Source: Octopus vulgaris (taxonomy: Eukaryota). From it: 64,000 nt of DNA. Below, one piece after another: positions 28,706-41,644 of this stretch. A program made the position numbers and the translations under genes. How positions within the stretch are numbered: position 1 is the stretch's first letter; the number at the start of each line of letters is the position of its first letter. The stretch is from NCBI GenBank assembly GCA_951406725.2, contig OX597831.1:13082001-13146000 (forward strand). The letters are read 5' to 3'. Under the pieces are notes generated by a model. The model saw nothing but the letters and a program-made list of their open reading frames with translations, searched no databases and was not told the origin of the DNA.

Positions 28706-28740
28706 ATTTCTGATGAAGAGCTCTGCTCGAAACGTGAAAT
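28706..28740 (+). ncRNA. Minimal type I hammerhead motif with non-canonical GUG triplet, in a ~270-bp repeat (28590-28850)
   Basis: AUUU CUGAUGA A GAGC-UCU-GCUC GAAA CG UG AAAU. Confidence 0.65.
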
Positions 28741-29627
28741 CCTCTTTCTTTTCTTTCCTTTCCTGAGCATCTAATAACACAGCGGTTGTTCCACGTTCTC
28801 GCATTGTTGTTTTTTCTGGCTTGTTCATGTTTGGATTGACCATATATAAATATATGCGAAGGGTGTCTTTCAATTATCGTCCACTAGACCCAGGTATATC
28901 GCTTTTGTAGTGCAAAACGTCTGCCCAAACTGCTGCTTAGTGGGACTGAACCTAAAACCAAACGACTGGGAAGTAAGCTCATTTCCCACTCGCCAGCAAC
29001 ATTGGGATTTTTACAAACGGCATCCTGAATTAGCCATGCAATAATACAATATTTGAGAATGGTATAATGTACCAGAAGGAAGCAGCTGGTTCCAATTTTC
29101 CGTAACGAATGTTATACAATTGTAGTTGTTCACCGATGTTTTGTTTAAGTTATTGGTATCCACATTTAGTTTTCTGTTTACAGTCTTAAGGTTGAATAAG
29201 TCTGGTAGTTCCAAATCTCTTCATTCTGCCAAATCCCAACAAAGCAACCAAATAAACAAAACACACACACAAAAATAAAAAAACAAAGCAAACAAATGCA
29301 AGATTACTTCTCCATAATTGTTCGAGTAACAGGAAAGAAAATATAAAAATGTTACAGAATGCCACAAAGAATATATTTATAAATCTTATTACGTTGGGAT
29401 ATGATAAGTCTTTGTACATTGACCTTAGATGAAGCTGGGGGAGGATTGATGATATTACATAAAAGAGAAAGAGATGTCTAGTCTCATTCTCCAAAGAATA
29501 AACCAAAAATACAACTAACAACATGGAGGCGGTCATCACGTACGAAATCATTAAGAAGAAACATAGAGCGACAGCTATGTTAACGATAGGCTATTATTTA
29601 CTCGACGCAATATACGATAGCTTGCAA

Positions 29628-29674
<47 letters not shown>

Positions 29675-31229
29675 CCGTATTTGAGGATCAACTTAGTGTA
29701 AAAATATCTCGAAACAAAGAGATACTAATTAAAGCATTCTGTAGTTTTATTTGGTTAAATGAAAGGCAGTCTGTGAATTATAGTATTTATCGCGTTCATT
29801 AAGCATGATAAAAAAATGTTGTTTTGGTTCAACTTAGCAAAACAGTGACGGCTAAATTACTCTTAGTTGTCGGCTGTTTCCAACGACATTGTATTTGAAG
29901 AAAATTTATCACGTCGCTCTCATGATAAATAATCAAATAACGAAAGGATCTTTTATTTACAATAACAAGACTATCAACGGCAAACTGATTGCTTGCGTGA
30001 AGTCGTACTCTCAGAATGTCTCCATCTACATGCAATTTTAAACTTACAACGACTAATTATGCTTATGAAAAACCTGGATGGCATTAAACGAGTTATTCAC
30101 TGGAATGAGGCGTAGAAGACTCAAATGCGCAGAGGTTGGTTATATGATAGCGTGAATAAAAAACGATATTAAAATGACATTCTTCTTCTTCTTCTTCTTA
30201 CTAGTTTTTTGCTCAAGAACACAATGCATCGCCCGGTCTGGAAATCGAACCCATGGTTTAATGATGAAGAGAGCAATACTCCTAACCATAAGGCCACGTG
30301 CTTTTCACAATGGAGAAAATAAGCCAACTGAATAAATAATAAAGTAAACATGGCTTCTTATTTAAGCATAATGCAAGTAAATTTGAGGGGAGGAGCGAGT
30401 ATTCGCTACCATCGACCTTAGTACTTGAGTGAAGGATAAAAGGTAAAGTTGGCCACAGCTGGCGTCGAAACACATACTGCTGCGCATTTCCCCAATGCTC
30501 CAAATCTTCCACCCTTTCTTCCCGACAATGACATACACAATCAGATATCTTCGTGAAGTTGTTGATTGATTATATCGACCACAGTACTTCACTGGTTCTT
30601 TGTTTTATCGAATTTGGAAGGACGAAAGAGAGAGAGAGAGAAACTATCTCGGAGGGATTTCAACCCAGAATGTGAGGAACAGGAAGAAAGACCGCAAGAC
30701 ATTATGTCCATCACTATTAAAAATATATCCACAATAATGGAAGCCTGGCTCCCTGTTTAACCTTTTAAATGTCCTTTGTATCACATGTCATACACAAATC
30801 ATAATACCTTGCTGTCTATGCTTCATGTATGATACACATTTCCAGTTTTTTTAATCCTCCAGAGTAAATTGGGACTTACGAGAGAAAGGTTTTATTTTAC
30901 TCAGAACATATGAAACAAAAAGTCTGAAAACAATTAAGGATGGTTAGAAAAAACTGATGCAAACTGTTCGGACAGGTAAACGGCTAACTAGTAGTGGACA
31001 TACCAAAGCTGTGGAGACCGATAGCGACTGGAAATACATTTGGAATTAACAAAATCCGAAACTCCAGGTTGAAGTGCAGAAGTAGTATAAATGATACTGT
31101 TGTAAAAATATTTAATAATTTACTACTACGTTAAGATCGATATACAACAGTAATTGCCAATACAAAAACAACAGCGACTAGCCTGGAAGGGATCACTGAC
31201 ATGCTAAAAATAGAAGCTTGGTGGGAGCG

Positions 31230-31640
31230 TGGTGTTATAAGCCAGTACTTGTAGACTACATTTTTAGGTTCACAGTGGCCTCCAAGAGGGCATCGTTGAG
31301 AAACCTGACAATTGCAAGTTTTCTTACCTGCTCCGTAGTTGGAGTTTACTGTTAGGGAGATTGCATTCCATTGGTTCATTCTCTCTATATATATGTGTGT
31401 GTGTGTGTGTGTGTATACAAACATGGGTGTGCAGGCGCGCACACTCACACACAATGTAAAACTTTTCTATGAGATTGACTATAGGGAATGCAAAACAACG
31501 TGAGAGCACTTTCGTAATGATAGGCAGCAAAGATTTTGAGAGAACTCCACTCCTCACGGTATTTATACTTAATTCTTTCTGAGGCCGGGTCGTCAGTCAA
31601 AGGCGAGTACAACCTAACAGCAAGTACCATGTTTCCGTTA
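31230..31640 (-). mobile_element. Penelope-like element remnant (start of GIY-YIG endonuclease)
   Basis: CNCQVSQRCPLGGHCEPKNVVYK in ORF 31131-31454 matches the PLE CNC-x5-CPL-x3-C-x3-NVVYK motif. Interrupted by a microsatellite. Confidence 0.8.
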
Positions 31641-32660
31641 ATTACTTTAAGTGCCTATGCAGACACGGATAAACATTGAAACCCTCTTCGCCGTGACGGC
31701 ATTTGACGCAGCAGGGCATTGAAAATGCGATAGGTGCAAGGGAAAAGGGGGAAAAGGGCTATATCAGCATTTGGCTGCGACGGACTTTCAGTCGAATCAA
31801 CTGGAGCAGCATGAAATGATGTGCCTTGCTCAAGGACACAGCTTACAGTCCAGTACAGGAATTGAACCGACGATATTAGAAACGTTGGCTCAATATCATA
31901 TGTACTAGTCTGCGCGCTCATCTGGAAAGGCCATCTGTAGGTCACTCATCTGGAAAGTAACATCTTGAAAGGAATAAAATGCATTTTGAGAAGCGGAGTG
32001 AATGCATGTAAAGTGAAACTATTTATGGATCAAACAAGACGTTATTGGAAAATGCATGGAACGAAAAAACGAAAAAAAAAAAAAAAAGAATGGTATAGAT
32101 TGATTACCGAAAGAAGTATTTGACAGCATATGTATGTCATGGGAGTTGGAAATGTTGTAAATATACAAAACAACTTCAATACAGTGACAGTGTATCAAGC
32201 ACGGCATGTCAAAATCGAAAATATCAATCAACAAATATCATTAAAATAAGTTCATAAAAAAGAAAAAAAACCAGCCCCATTTCCATAAGAAGAGCAATTC
32301 TTCAGATTCTTTAATTTCCATTTGTTATTCTGTATATTTCTGACACAAGGTATAACTCTGTAGAATGAAATCAACAATATAGGTGCAGGGGTGGTAAGAA
32401 GCTTGCTTCCCAGTCACCTAGTTTCGGGTTCAGTCCCACTACGTGGCACCTTGGGAAAGTATCTTTTGGTATAGCGTCGGGGCGACCAATGCCTTGTGAA
32501 CGGATTCATTAGATAGAAACTGAAAGAATTCCATCGTATATATATATATATATATATATAATTGATAATATCAAAGGGTAATCAGAAATATTAGAAATTT
32601 CCATTACCAGTGGCCTAGCGTGTAAAAATAAAGTCAATAGACTATAGATTATTCATATAA

Positions 32661-32973
32661 ATACAGTGTACATTTAAACACATAAGAGGCATCCATTATA
32701 GGACTCCCTGCACGTTAGAGAGAACAGTTAAATTCCAAACTATTATTAAGGATAAAATTTCGTAGGGAATGAAAAATAAAAACATTCGCCTAGCAAATTA
32801 TTTTATTTGCTAAAAAAAAATCTGAAACGATTGGTCCAGGAGTTAGATGGTAAATGTTTTTATTTTTCATTCCCTTCGAAATTTTATCCCTAATAATAGG
32901 TTTGGAATTTAATTGTTCTCTCTAGTGTGCAAGGAGTACTATGATTGATGCTTCTTATGTGTTTAAATGTACA

Positions 32974-32979
<6 letters not shown>
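32661..32979. repeat. Fold-back inverted repeat, ~130-bp arms, between (TA)n tracts
   Basis: ATACAGTGTACATTTAAACACATAAGA...GGGAATGAAAAATAAAAACATT pairs with AATGTTTTTATTTTTCATTCCC...TCTTATGTGTTTAAATGTACACTGTAT. A related sequence lies at ~56655-56815. Confidence 0.9.
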
Positions 32980-33059
<80 letters not shown>

Positions 33060-33199
33060 ACATGTGTTTGTGTATGTGTGTGTTTGTGTGTGTATGTATG
33101 TGTGTCTCACCACCACCTCTTGACACTCGGTGTTTATATGCTTATGTTCTTGTAACCTAGCAGTTCGATTAAGAAAAAATCAAACAGAATTGATATCTC

Positions 33200-33277
33200 T
33201 CTTTCCGAACTGCTAAGTTATGAGGACATGAACACATCAACACCGGTTGTCAAGCGGTGGAGGTGAGGACAAACACT

Positions 33278-33328
<51 letters not shown>

Positions 33329-33508
33329 ACACACATATATAGATATATGACAGGCATCTTCTAGTTTTCGTCTACCAAATCCACCCACAAGGTTTTGGTC
33401 AGACGAAGGCTATAAGCAGAAAATACTTGCCTTAGGTGCCATGAAGTGGGACTGAACCTAGAACCATGTGGTTGGGAAGCAAGCTTCTTACCACACAATC
33501 ACACCTGC
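33200..33508 (-). mobile_element. SINE family A, degenerate
   Basis: GAACTGCTAAGTTA...TCTACCAAATCCAC...GGGACTGAACC...CTTACCACAC. Other partial A copies lie at ~32380, 37940, 45252, 50610, 51350, 53350 and 55055. Confidence 0.75.
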
Positions 33509-34513
33509 ATTTCATTCCGTTTCGTGATCTACGAGATCCTTCGGTCCATGGAAAATATTGTCTTGTATGAGACCAGTCTGTGCTGCAAGAACATATGGTT
33601 ATTACCGTTATGGAGGATTTATCCTCTAACTCTAACATGTCTTTAATTAAAATAATTCAGGCCTATTTTGGAAATGAATTGCAACAAAATTTTACTCTTG
33701 TCAAAGACATATGTACTGTTGAAAATAAAATCGTACATTTAAATAAAATTGCGGTAGGTTCATTCAAAACTCAATATTTGCAAATAGGTGACTTTGCCTT
33801 TCCTTATCTAGAATGAGTAAAGGTTTGAATATACTCAAATCATAATAAAGAAGAAGAAAGACAAAAACAAGATGGCTATGTGGAAGGAAGTTTTAAAGTA
33901 GGAATAGTTTAAGCTTATATTTACTATTGCCGTCAATAACAGACATGCAGGCATTGAAGATCGTTGGAAACGCGCGGTTGAGCGGTTTCTGTTACAATTA
34001 TGTAGACATAAGTCAACCTGAATTAGTCACTTTGATCATATATTTGCATAGAAGAACAGGAACAGCATCAGCAACACTAATAATTACAACAACAACAGCT
34101 ACAACAACAGTAAGAACAACGGCAAACCAACCATGTTATGAAGACTTATCTATCGAGTATAATAATTAGAAGCGGCGAAGAAACGAACAAACAATCTTAA
34201 TCAGTCAGTTTTTCTATTTCTGACACGCTGTTCTAGAAACGTCTTTCGTTTAATGTAACGCCACTAAAATCGCTGAAGCGTAAACACCATCTTTAAGCTG
34301 CGCCACTGATTGAATACATTACATTACACGGATGAACCTTTGCATGAAACACTTTAGAGAAATCACACATTCATGTATATGGATAGTCATACACACGCAT
34401 ACTCATCTATACATGCACACATATTGTGTGTTGTATATATACGTACATATGCAGGCATATATACGTATACATGTACAAGTGCATTTATACATATACATAT
34501 ATACATACACGCA

Positions 34514-34550
<37 letters not shown>

Positions 34551-34948
34551 GCATTGTTGATAGACATTTTTTTAACAGCTGCTATCACCTTCATTTTATT
34601 TTTCCAATGACATTCTGACACATTTATGATGAAGTATTAAATGAGAATTTTTAGTGATTTTGATTCATTTTCAAGAATTATCTATTGACAGGTTTATTCT
34701 ATTAGCGACACTCACAACTCTTCGACAGCCTTTAAAGCCTATTTTCGTCTGGTTCTGTTATTACGAGGCAAGTTTGTCTTCTTATTACTGTCTTATATTG
34801 ATTTTAATTTTCAGGTTAAACTCCAATTTAAAAAATATTTTCTGAAGTCTATTTTTGAAGTTTCTATTAGACATTACGAAACAATAAAGAATTTAAAAAC
34901 GCTTGCGCAATGAAGTGGATTTCAACTTTGTTCAGTTTCGCAAAAGTT

Positions 34949-35017
34949 TACTACTACTACAGTTACTACTACTACAGTTACTACTACTACTACTACTACA
35001 GTTACTACTACTACAGT

Positions 35018-35050
<33 letters not shown>

Positions 35051-35068
35051 AGTTACTACTACTACAGT

Positions 35069-35104
<36 letters not shown>

Positions 35105-35124
35105 AGTTACTACTACTACTACAG

Positions 35125-35164
<40 letters not shown>

Positions 35165-35178
35165 AGTTACTACTACTA

Positions 35179-35216
<38 letters not shown>

Positions 35217-35256
35217 ACTACTACTACTACTACTACTACTACTGCTGCTGCAGCTG

Positions 35257-35320
<64 letters not shown>
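34949..35320. repeat. (TAC)n array with CAG/TGC interruptions
   Basis: Directly visible; source of the poly-L/Y/V ORFs. Confidence 0.95.
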
Positions 35321-36097
35321 CGAAGAATTAGCGGTGCCGAAGAAATGTAAACTGTATTAATATGTAATGTATTCATCAGCAGAGACATGCGGTGCTTTTC
35401 TTCCGTTGAATGTAACCGAATTTACCAATTGAAGCAATAAAAACCAGAAAAAGAAACCACAAACAGCAGCAACAACAACAAAAATAAAAAAGAGAAGTAA
35501 AAAAAAGAGACAAAAAGAAACGAAAAAAAGAAATCCCCTGAGCCTGACATGCGTTTAGACGAAAATGTTTCCCTTATACCTTTAAATACAGAAATACGAT
35601 AGAATAGAAAAAGCAAGATGCCGGAGCTACTAAATTCTGCAAAGCGAATTCCTGTCTAGTTTTAGACGTAGATTTCTCTTATGCAAAATGGAGTCATAGA
35701 TCAACGAGTTTCCGTTCAGTGTCTGTTTTTGAAATGTTACTTCCGGTTGTTTTTTAAACGAATCTCTATGACGCAGCACTGTCTAATGTTTCTATTGTTA
35801 CGTAGTTTTCCGTATACGATAAAAAAAAAACAACAAAAAAAAGCCAAAATAGATAAGTTTGTGTTTAAGCATCAGTAGTAGTAGTAGTAGTAGTTGTGGT
35901 GTTGGTGGTGTTGGTAAAAGCAATTGTAGTGTCTCTTCAGCAAAGCATTCATTAACACTGTATAGACTGTAGATTGAATCCTATATTTAAATAGAAAGTT
36001 CCACTGACATATGAAGCATGCATTTAAATAGATTACCAAAAAAACCGATTCAAACTTAACGCACTTATGTAGACATAAATACTAAACGATACAAGCA

Positions 36098-36570
36098 CTT
36101 TCTTTCTTTCTTCCTTCTTTTCTTTCTCTCTTTCACTCTTTCTTTCACCCTTTTTTCTTTCACCCTTTTTTCTTTCACCCTTTCTTTCACACTTTCTTTC
36201 TTTCACTCTTTCTTTCTTCCTTCTTTTCTTTCTTTCACTCTTTCTCTCTTTCATTCTTTCTTTCACTCTTTCTTTCACACTTTCTTTCTTTCACTCTTTA
36301 ATTCACTCTTTCTTTCACCCTTTTTTCTTTCACCCTTTCTTTCACACTTTCTTTCTTTCACTCTTTCTTTCTTCCTTCTTTTCTTTCTTTCACTCTTTCT
36401 CTCTTTCATTCTTTCTTTCACTCTTTCTTTCACACTTTCTTTCTCTGTCTCTCTTTCTTTCTTTCTTTCATTCTTTCTTTCTTTCATTCATTCTTTCTTT
36501 CATTCTTTCTTTGTTTCTTTCGTTCTGTTTTTCTTTCTTTCTTTTTTCTTTCTTTCTCTCTCTCTCTCCG
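36098..36570. repeat. Polypyrimidine tract with ~155-bp internal tandem duplication
   Basis: CACACTTTCTTTCTTTCACTCTTTCTTTCTTCC block at 36188 and 36343. Confidence 0.85.
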
Positions 36571-36708
36571 TTTCACTCTTACATACACTTATAAACGTAT
36601 ATACACGTGCAGGTGCCTTCGTATCCAACGCAACGTGGCACCGACCTAACTCACATTTACATATAAGTACTTTTAACACACACACACACAGAAACACACA
36701 CCCACACA

Positions 36709-36746
<38 letters not shown>

Positions 36747-36869
36747 TTCACACACAGACACGCACACAGATGCGCGCGCGCTAACACACACTAATATATA
36801 GACAGAGATGAATAAAGACAGAAAGTTTGTCTGTGTGTCAACGGGTGAAAGTGAGAAATTAAAATAATG

Positions 36870-37045
36870 ATTTCAAATTTTGGCACAAGGCTAGCAATTT
36901 CAGGGGAGGGGGGAAGTCGATTACGCCGGTCTTGGTACTCAACTGGTACCTGTTCTATCGACCCCGAAATGGTGAAAGGCAAAGTCCACCTCGGTGAAAT
37001 TTGAACTCAGAACATGAAGACAGAAAAGATACCGCTAAGTATTTT
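36870..37045 (-). mobile_element. SINE family B
   Basis: TTTCAAATTTTGGCACAAGG...TATCGACCCCGAAA..GAAAGGCAAAGTC.ACCTCGG...TTTGAACTCAGAAC. Other B copies lie at ~30400-30730, 47770-47980, 49730-49915, 50832-51032 and 55165-55400. Confidence 0.8.
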
Positions 37046-37577
37046 TCTTGACGAAAAGGATTTTTAAATTAAATATTAAAACTTGTTATTTATAGTTTTA
37101 TTTGTTTCAAGATACACCGTCCCAAAAATGATTTATTTCACGTTCTCACGAAGTTTATAAGTACTTATGACGTCATATCAAGGCATCGACCAGAAGATGG
37201 CAAGTTATACATTGGCAGTCGTAATAAGCTGTGCCTCGTTTTAGCTTTCGAATGATGCTACCTCACTGGCTTGGCGAGCAGGCCAGCATTCGCGCTTGGA
37301 GATGCACGGCTCACTCGATCGACCATCGTTTTTTCAGAAGCATGAAACTGACAAAAGCTCGAATCTAAATCCCGTATATATATTAAACGATATTTATCTT
37401 AAAGCATCAGTAGTAGTAGTAGTAGTAGTAGTAGTAGTTGTTGTTGTTGTTGTGGTGGTGGTGGTAGTGGTGGTGGTGGTTGTGGTGGTGGTAGAAGCAA
37501 CTGTTGTGTTACTTGAGCAACGCATTCATTAACACCGTGTAGACTTACCTTTTGTTGATCCCACCAATAACGGAACA

Positions 37578-37611
<34 letters not shown>

Positions 37612-37867
37612 AGTGGGGGGTAGGTAGATTCAAAAGTGTTTTCATCAATCTGTAGGAGGAGATATCTGCAAATAAGTAATCAGTTTTTAGATTGCTTGCC
37701 TTCGTCGACAAGACATCCACCTCTCCTGTGAAACAAATTAATCATTTCGTTGAACAGTTTTGCTCTGGCATTGACAGTTGATTCATTAAACCGTTGAATC
37801 CAAGACGTACTGAGAGATTGTCAGGTAGACTATCTGGCTTGTGACATTGACATACATACATATTTAC

Positions 37868-37920
<53 letters not shown>

Positions 37921-38142
37921 TATGTGTGCAATTTTGTGCCTGTGTGCGTTTCTCCATCATCGCATGAGAACTGGTATTGGCTTATGTATCTCCCCGTAAC
38001 CTAGCGGTTTTGGAAATAGACCGATAGAATAAGTACTGGGCTTAAAAATAAATCCTGGGATCGAATTATTCGACATAAACATTCCAAAGTAGTGCTCCAG
38101 CATGATCGCAATCAAATGACTGAAACAAGTAAAAGAATAAAA

Positions 38143-38213
<71 letters not shown>

Positions 38214-38217
<4 letters not shown>

Positions 38218-38370
38218 CGTATATTTGCCATTTGAATATGGCTAACCCCTAACGGTGGATGCTACTGTAGTTTGTAGCCCCAGGAAGACGAGGTGTCTTC
38301 CTGGGGCTACAAACTACAGTAGCATCCACCCTTAGGGGTTAGCCATATTCAAATGGCAAATATACGTCAC
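38214..38370. repeat. Near-perfect 157-bp palindrome (76-bp arms, 5-nt loop)
   Basis: GTGACGTATATTTGCC...CCCCAGGAAGAC GAGGT GTCTTCCTGGGG...GGCAAATATACGTCAC; one mismatch seen. Confidence 0.95.
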
Positions 38371-38413
38371 GATGTGTTACCGCTACTGTTTATAACTCGT
38401 TTTGAGATTTATC

Positions 38414-38469
<56 letters not shown>

Positions 38470-38487
38470 GATATATGTATATATGAA

Positions 38488-38737
38488 GAGTAAAATCTGT
38501 TTTGTCAACGTAAATTGCCAGTCCTGATTAGGACGATGTTACTACCTTTTTTAACCGCAGGAAAACATTTTTTCCAGTTGGCTACCGACGCACAACTGTG
38601 TCGTTATACCTCGAACAAGGGAACTAATATCGCCACTCAGCCTTAAACAAGCTGGAAAGGATGTTGGGGCTAAAAAAAGGTAGTAACATCGTCCTAATCA
38701 GGACTGGCGATTTACGTTGGCAAAATAGATTTTACTC
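38488..38737. repeat. Inverted repeat, ~65-90-bp arms
   Basis: GAGTAAAATCT...CCAGTCCTGATTAGGACGATGTTACTACCTTTTTT pairs with AAAAAAGGTAGTAACATCGTCCTAATCAGGACTGG...AGATTTTACTC. Confidence 0.9.
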
Positions 38738-38801
38738 CGTAGCACTGTTACTACTTACTTCTCGTTCAGACATTTAAAATGATATACATACATACATACA
38801 T

Positions 38802-38852
<51 letters not shown>

Positions 38853-39049
38853 GGGGTTTCTATGATTGTCTATAGAGGAATATATTATTCAAAGAAATTC
38901 CAACTCTGTTTTTTTATGTTTTATCTATATTCTTTATAATATTAATGTAGAATATAGAATATATAGTACAAATAATATATATATAGTAAAATGAAATAAA
39001 GTATTGATTGTCTTATTGAATAGATGAAATACTGAATATAAAATATTAA

Positions 39050-39091
39050 GGGACTAGTATACTTTCATGCGTTATAGCAGGCTTCAAGGTC

Positions 39092-39093
<2 letters not shown>
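39050..39093 (-). ncRNA. Degenerate hammerhead motif
   Basis: Minus strand: GGGAC CUUGAAGC C UGC-UAUAAC-GCA U GAAA GUAUAC UA GUCCC. 5-bp stem I and palindromic stem III, damaged 5' core. Confidence 0.55.
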
Positions 39094-39125
<32 letters not shown>

Positions 39126-39290
39126 TATTTTTTTAATTTTTTATTTATTCTTCTATCTAATTTAACACTGACTCCTTGACCACTCCCCCAAGTATGATAT
39201 TTTGCGCTATGCCTACCCCCAAAAAGTCCCCCACCAACACCCCTTTAAACCTGCCTAAATGTATAAATGCCAATACAATTCTTGTTAACT

Positions 39291-39341
39291 AGCTTCCTGA
39301 AGATTTCTCTTGAATGAAACAGTTCTAGTCCTGTAGAAGCT
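39291..39341 (+). ncRNA. Type I hammerhead ribozyme motif upstream of Penelope ORF remnant
   Basis: AGCUUC CUGAAGA U UUC-UCUU-GAA U GAAA CAG-UUCUAGUC-CUG UA GAAGCU. 6-bp stem I, intact CUGANGA/GAAA, GUA triplet, AATAAA about 10 nt downstream. Confidence 0.8.
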
Positions 39342-39424
39342 CCTTCTATATAATAAATTAATTTTACTCTGCTATGTATTGAGTACCTTATTTACAGTGG
39401 TTAACCCCGAATCAACCCGGGACC

Positions 39425-39481
<57 letters not shown>

Positions 39482-39519
39482 AAACAAACAAAAGAAGAAA
39501 AAAATATATAGGACTAAAC

Positions 39520-41100
39520 ATTACGCTGGGAAAGGATTATATTAGAGTAAATTTGCTTGACGCCTTCTTCTGTCTTGATGCTGGATTATTTGAACAATTT
39601 CATAAGCCAAATGATCCTATTAAGTGCATAAATGTAACATCCAGCCATCCACCCACGACTGGGGATTAGTTATGAATACTTCAACAAGAATTTGTAGATT
39701 ATTCGCTAATAAGAAAATTTTGGAACCTCGTACAGCTTATAATGCTGATGTAGGTAGGAGTGAAAATTCAATATATGCAAGAAGCAGGCATACACAACAC
39801 TGTCAATTTGTCCAGTAATAAAATACATTGTACACCATCTCAAAGTTACTGTTCGTGAACTTACTAAGATCGAGAACACAGGCCAGGAAGAATTTGGTTG
39901 AACTACCAACCAAAAGTCATAGACACACACGACACTATAACCCGACTGCTCATTACACAGTAAATTGTTCCAATCCTGTACAGCACACTAGATCAAATAA
40001 GCCAAATAACAGATACAGGAATTATGATGTCCCCTGCTTCAACCCAATTTTCGGTTCGCATTTTTCAAACAAGATCGAGATCGATGGAAAATATTTTGCC
40101 ATTGTGGACAACTGTTTTCCAAAATCTGATACCATACCATTTTTAATCGGCGCACCGTGAAGGTATCCTACTCTGGCTCTACTAATTTAGAGCAGCTTAT
40201 GCACCGCATGAACAACAGTAAAATGCGACAGCAGTTCAATGGCCCACCTATTAGATATAGCAAAGATACGCATCTAAATACGAACGAAGGAGATGTAAAC
40301 AACAAATACGGCCAAATTGTTATAGTAGAAATGATTATGATAGCTAACTCGGTAACAACGTCGGAAAAAGAAGTCAGATCTGCAATATCTACAAATAAGT
40401 ATAATAAATGCTCATGCAGAGAGAAATCAAAATACCTATTGATGAACCTCTGTATGAGTTCAAATCTTTATATATAAAAGTGAAGTTGTGTGTCTGTCTC
40501 CTACGATTTAGATTCCTAACTACTCCCACATTTTGCGGTGCAGTTTAACCAAAACCGGGTATCTTATAGTCGTGATTCATATCGAGCCCTTCTGGGTATT
40601 AGCGCGCGTCTACGATGAGTCTACGATTAAAAAAAAAATTACCATCATTTTTTTTTCCATTTTTAATGCATGTTTTTGCTATTTATTGGCTATAACTCTC
40701 TAAAAATGCTTATATAGTTATTTCCCTTACAAACCCGAGCAACGCCGGGCGATACTGCTAATCTTGTATATAAATATACCGTGCACACAAGCGAGAGAGA
40801 GCCGTGTGTTTACATTGTACAAACGGCTGATTCGTTTAAGAATCATTATCGTATCTTCAAGAGGATCAATAAGAGACGTTCAACATCTTTGGCTGATCTT
40901 CTGTGGCGACTGAAAGTTTTAGAAATGGTCCGGGACCAACAGGACATTTCCACTAACAACCGTCACCTGATTTCGTCTAGTTGACCTAAACTGAAGCGAT
41001 TCCGATATTTTCTTATGGAAACTCCATACTAGCCATGAAAGGATAAAAGAAAAAAGAAAATGGTGACTACAAAGACGATTAGTAAATTGGTCAGCTGCAA
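39520..41100 (+). mobile_element. Decayed Penelope-like retroelement (RT thumb, linker, GIY-YIG)
   Basis: VNLLDAFFCL...FHKPNDPIKCINVTSSHPP; PCFNPIFG...GKYFAIVDNCFPK; KVSYS; KCSCREKSKYLLMNLCMSSN|LVYK. All are colinear with PLE ORF motifs, with frameshifts. Confidence 0.85.
40465..40761 (+). mobile_element. Non-autonomous Helitron (297 bp) inserted in the Penelope endonuclease
   Basis: 5' TC(TTTATATATAAAAG), 3' hairpin CCCGAGCAACGCCGGG (40734-40749) then CTAA. Inserted A|T with no TSD; removing it restores TCA AAT CTT GTA TAT AAA (SNLVYK). Confidence 0.9.
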
Positions 41101-41417
41101 CGTTTAATAAACGAAGTCAATAAACTAATGAGGCTGTCATAATCAGGTTTCAGTATTCAAGGAAATAGCGCCAACAGAACGATTAACCAGACTGAAAACA
41201 AATTGGCGGCTGGAAATCTATACAATATACAAATATATATTATTAATTAATTTGTCATTAAGTTACACATCGACAGCCACTCACATGTCTGTCTGATAGA
41301 TGTCTCTTTCACTCGCAGATCTCTGTGTGCGAGTATGTGTGTGTGTGTGCACGCATGTGTATGCGTGCGTGCGTACTTGAGTTTGTGCATGCATACATAT
41401 ATGCATGTATACATACA

Positions 41418-41547
<130 letters not shown>

Positions 41548-41644
41548 TATATACATAATAATTGAGATTCAGATGAATTAGGTACTTAGGTTGAAGCACC
41601 AAAAATTAGTGCGGTATTATCCGTACAGCTCAAAGTATGGTGAA

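Noticed and set aside
33580-33816. 78-aa non-repetitive ORF
   Set aside because: No recognisable motif, a non-ATG start and AT-rich context; no support as an exon.
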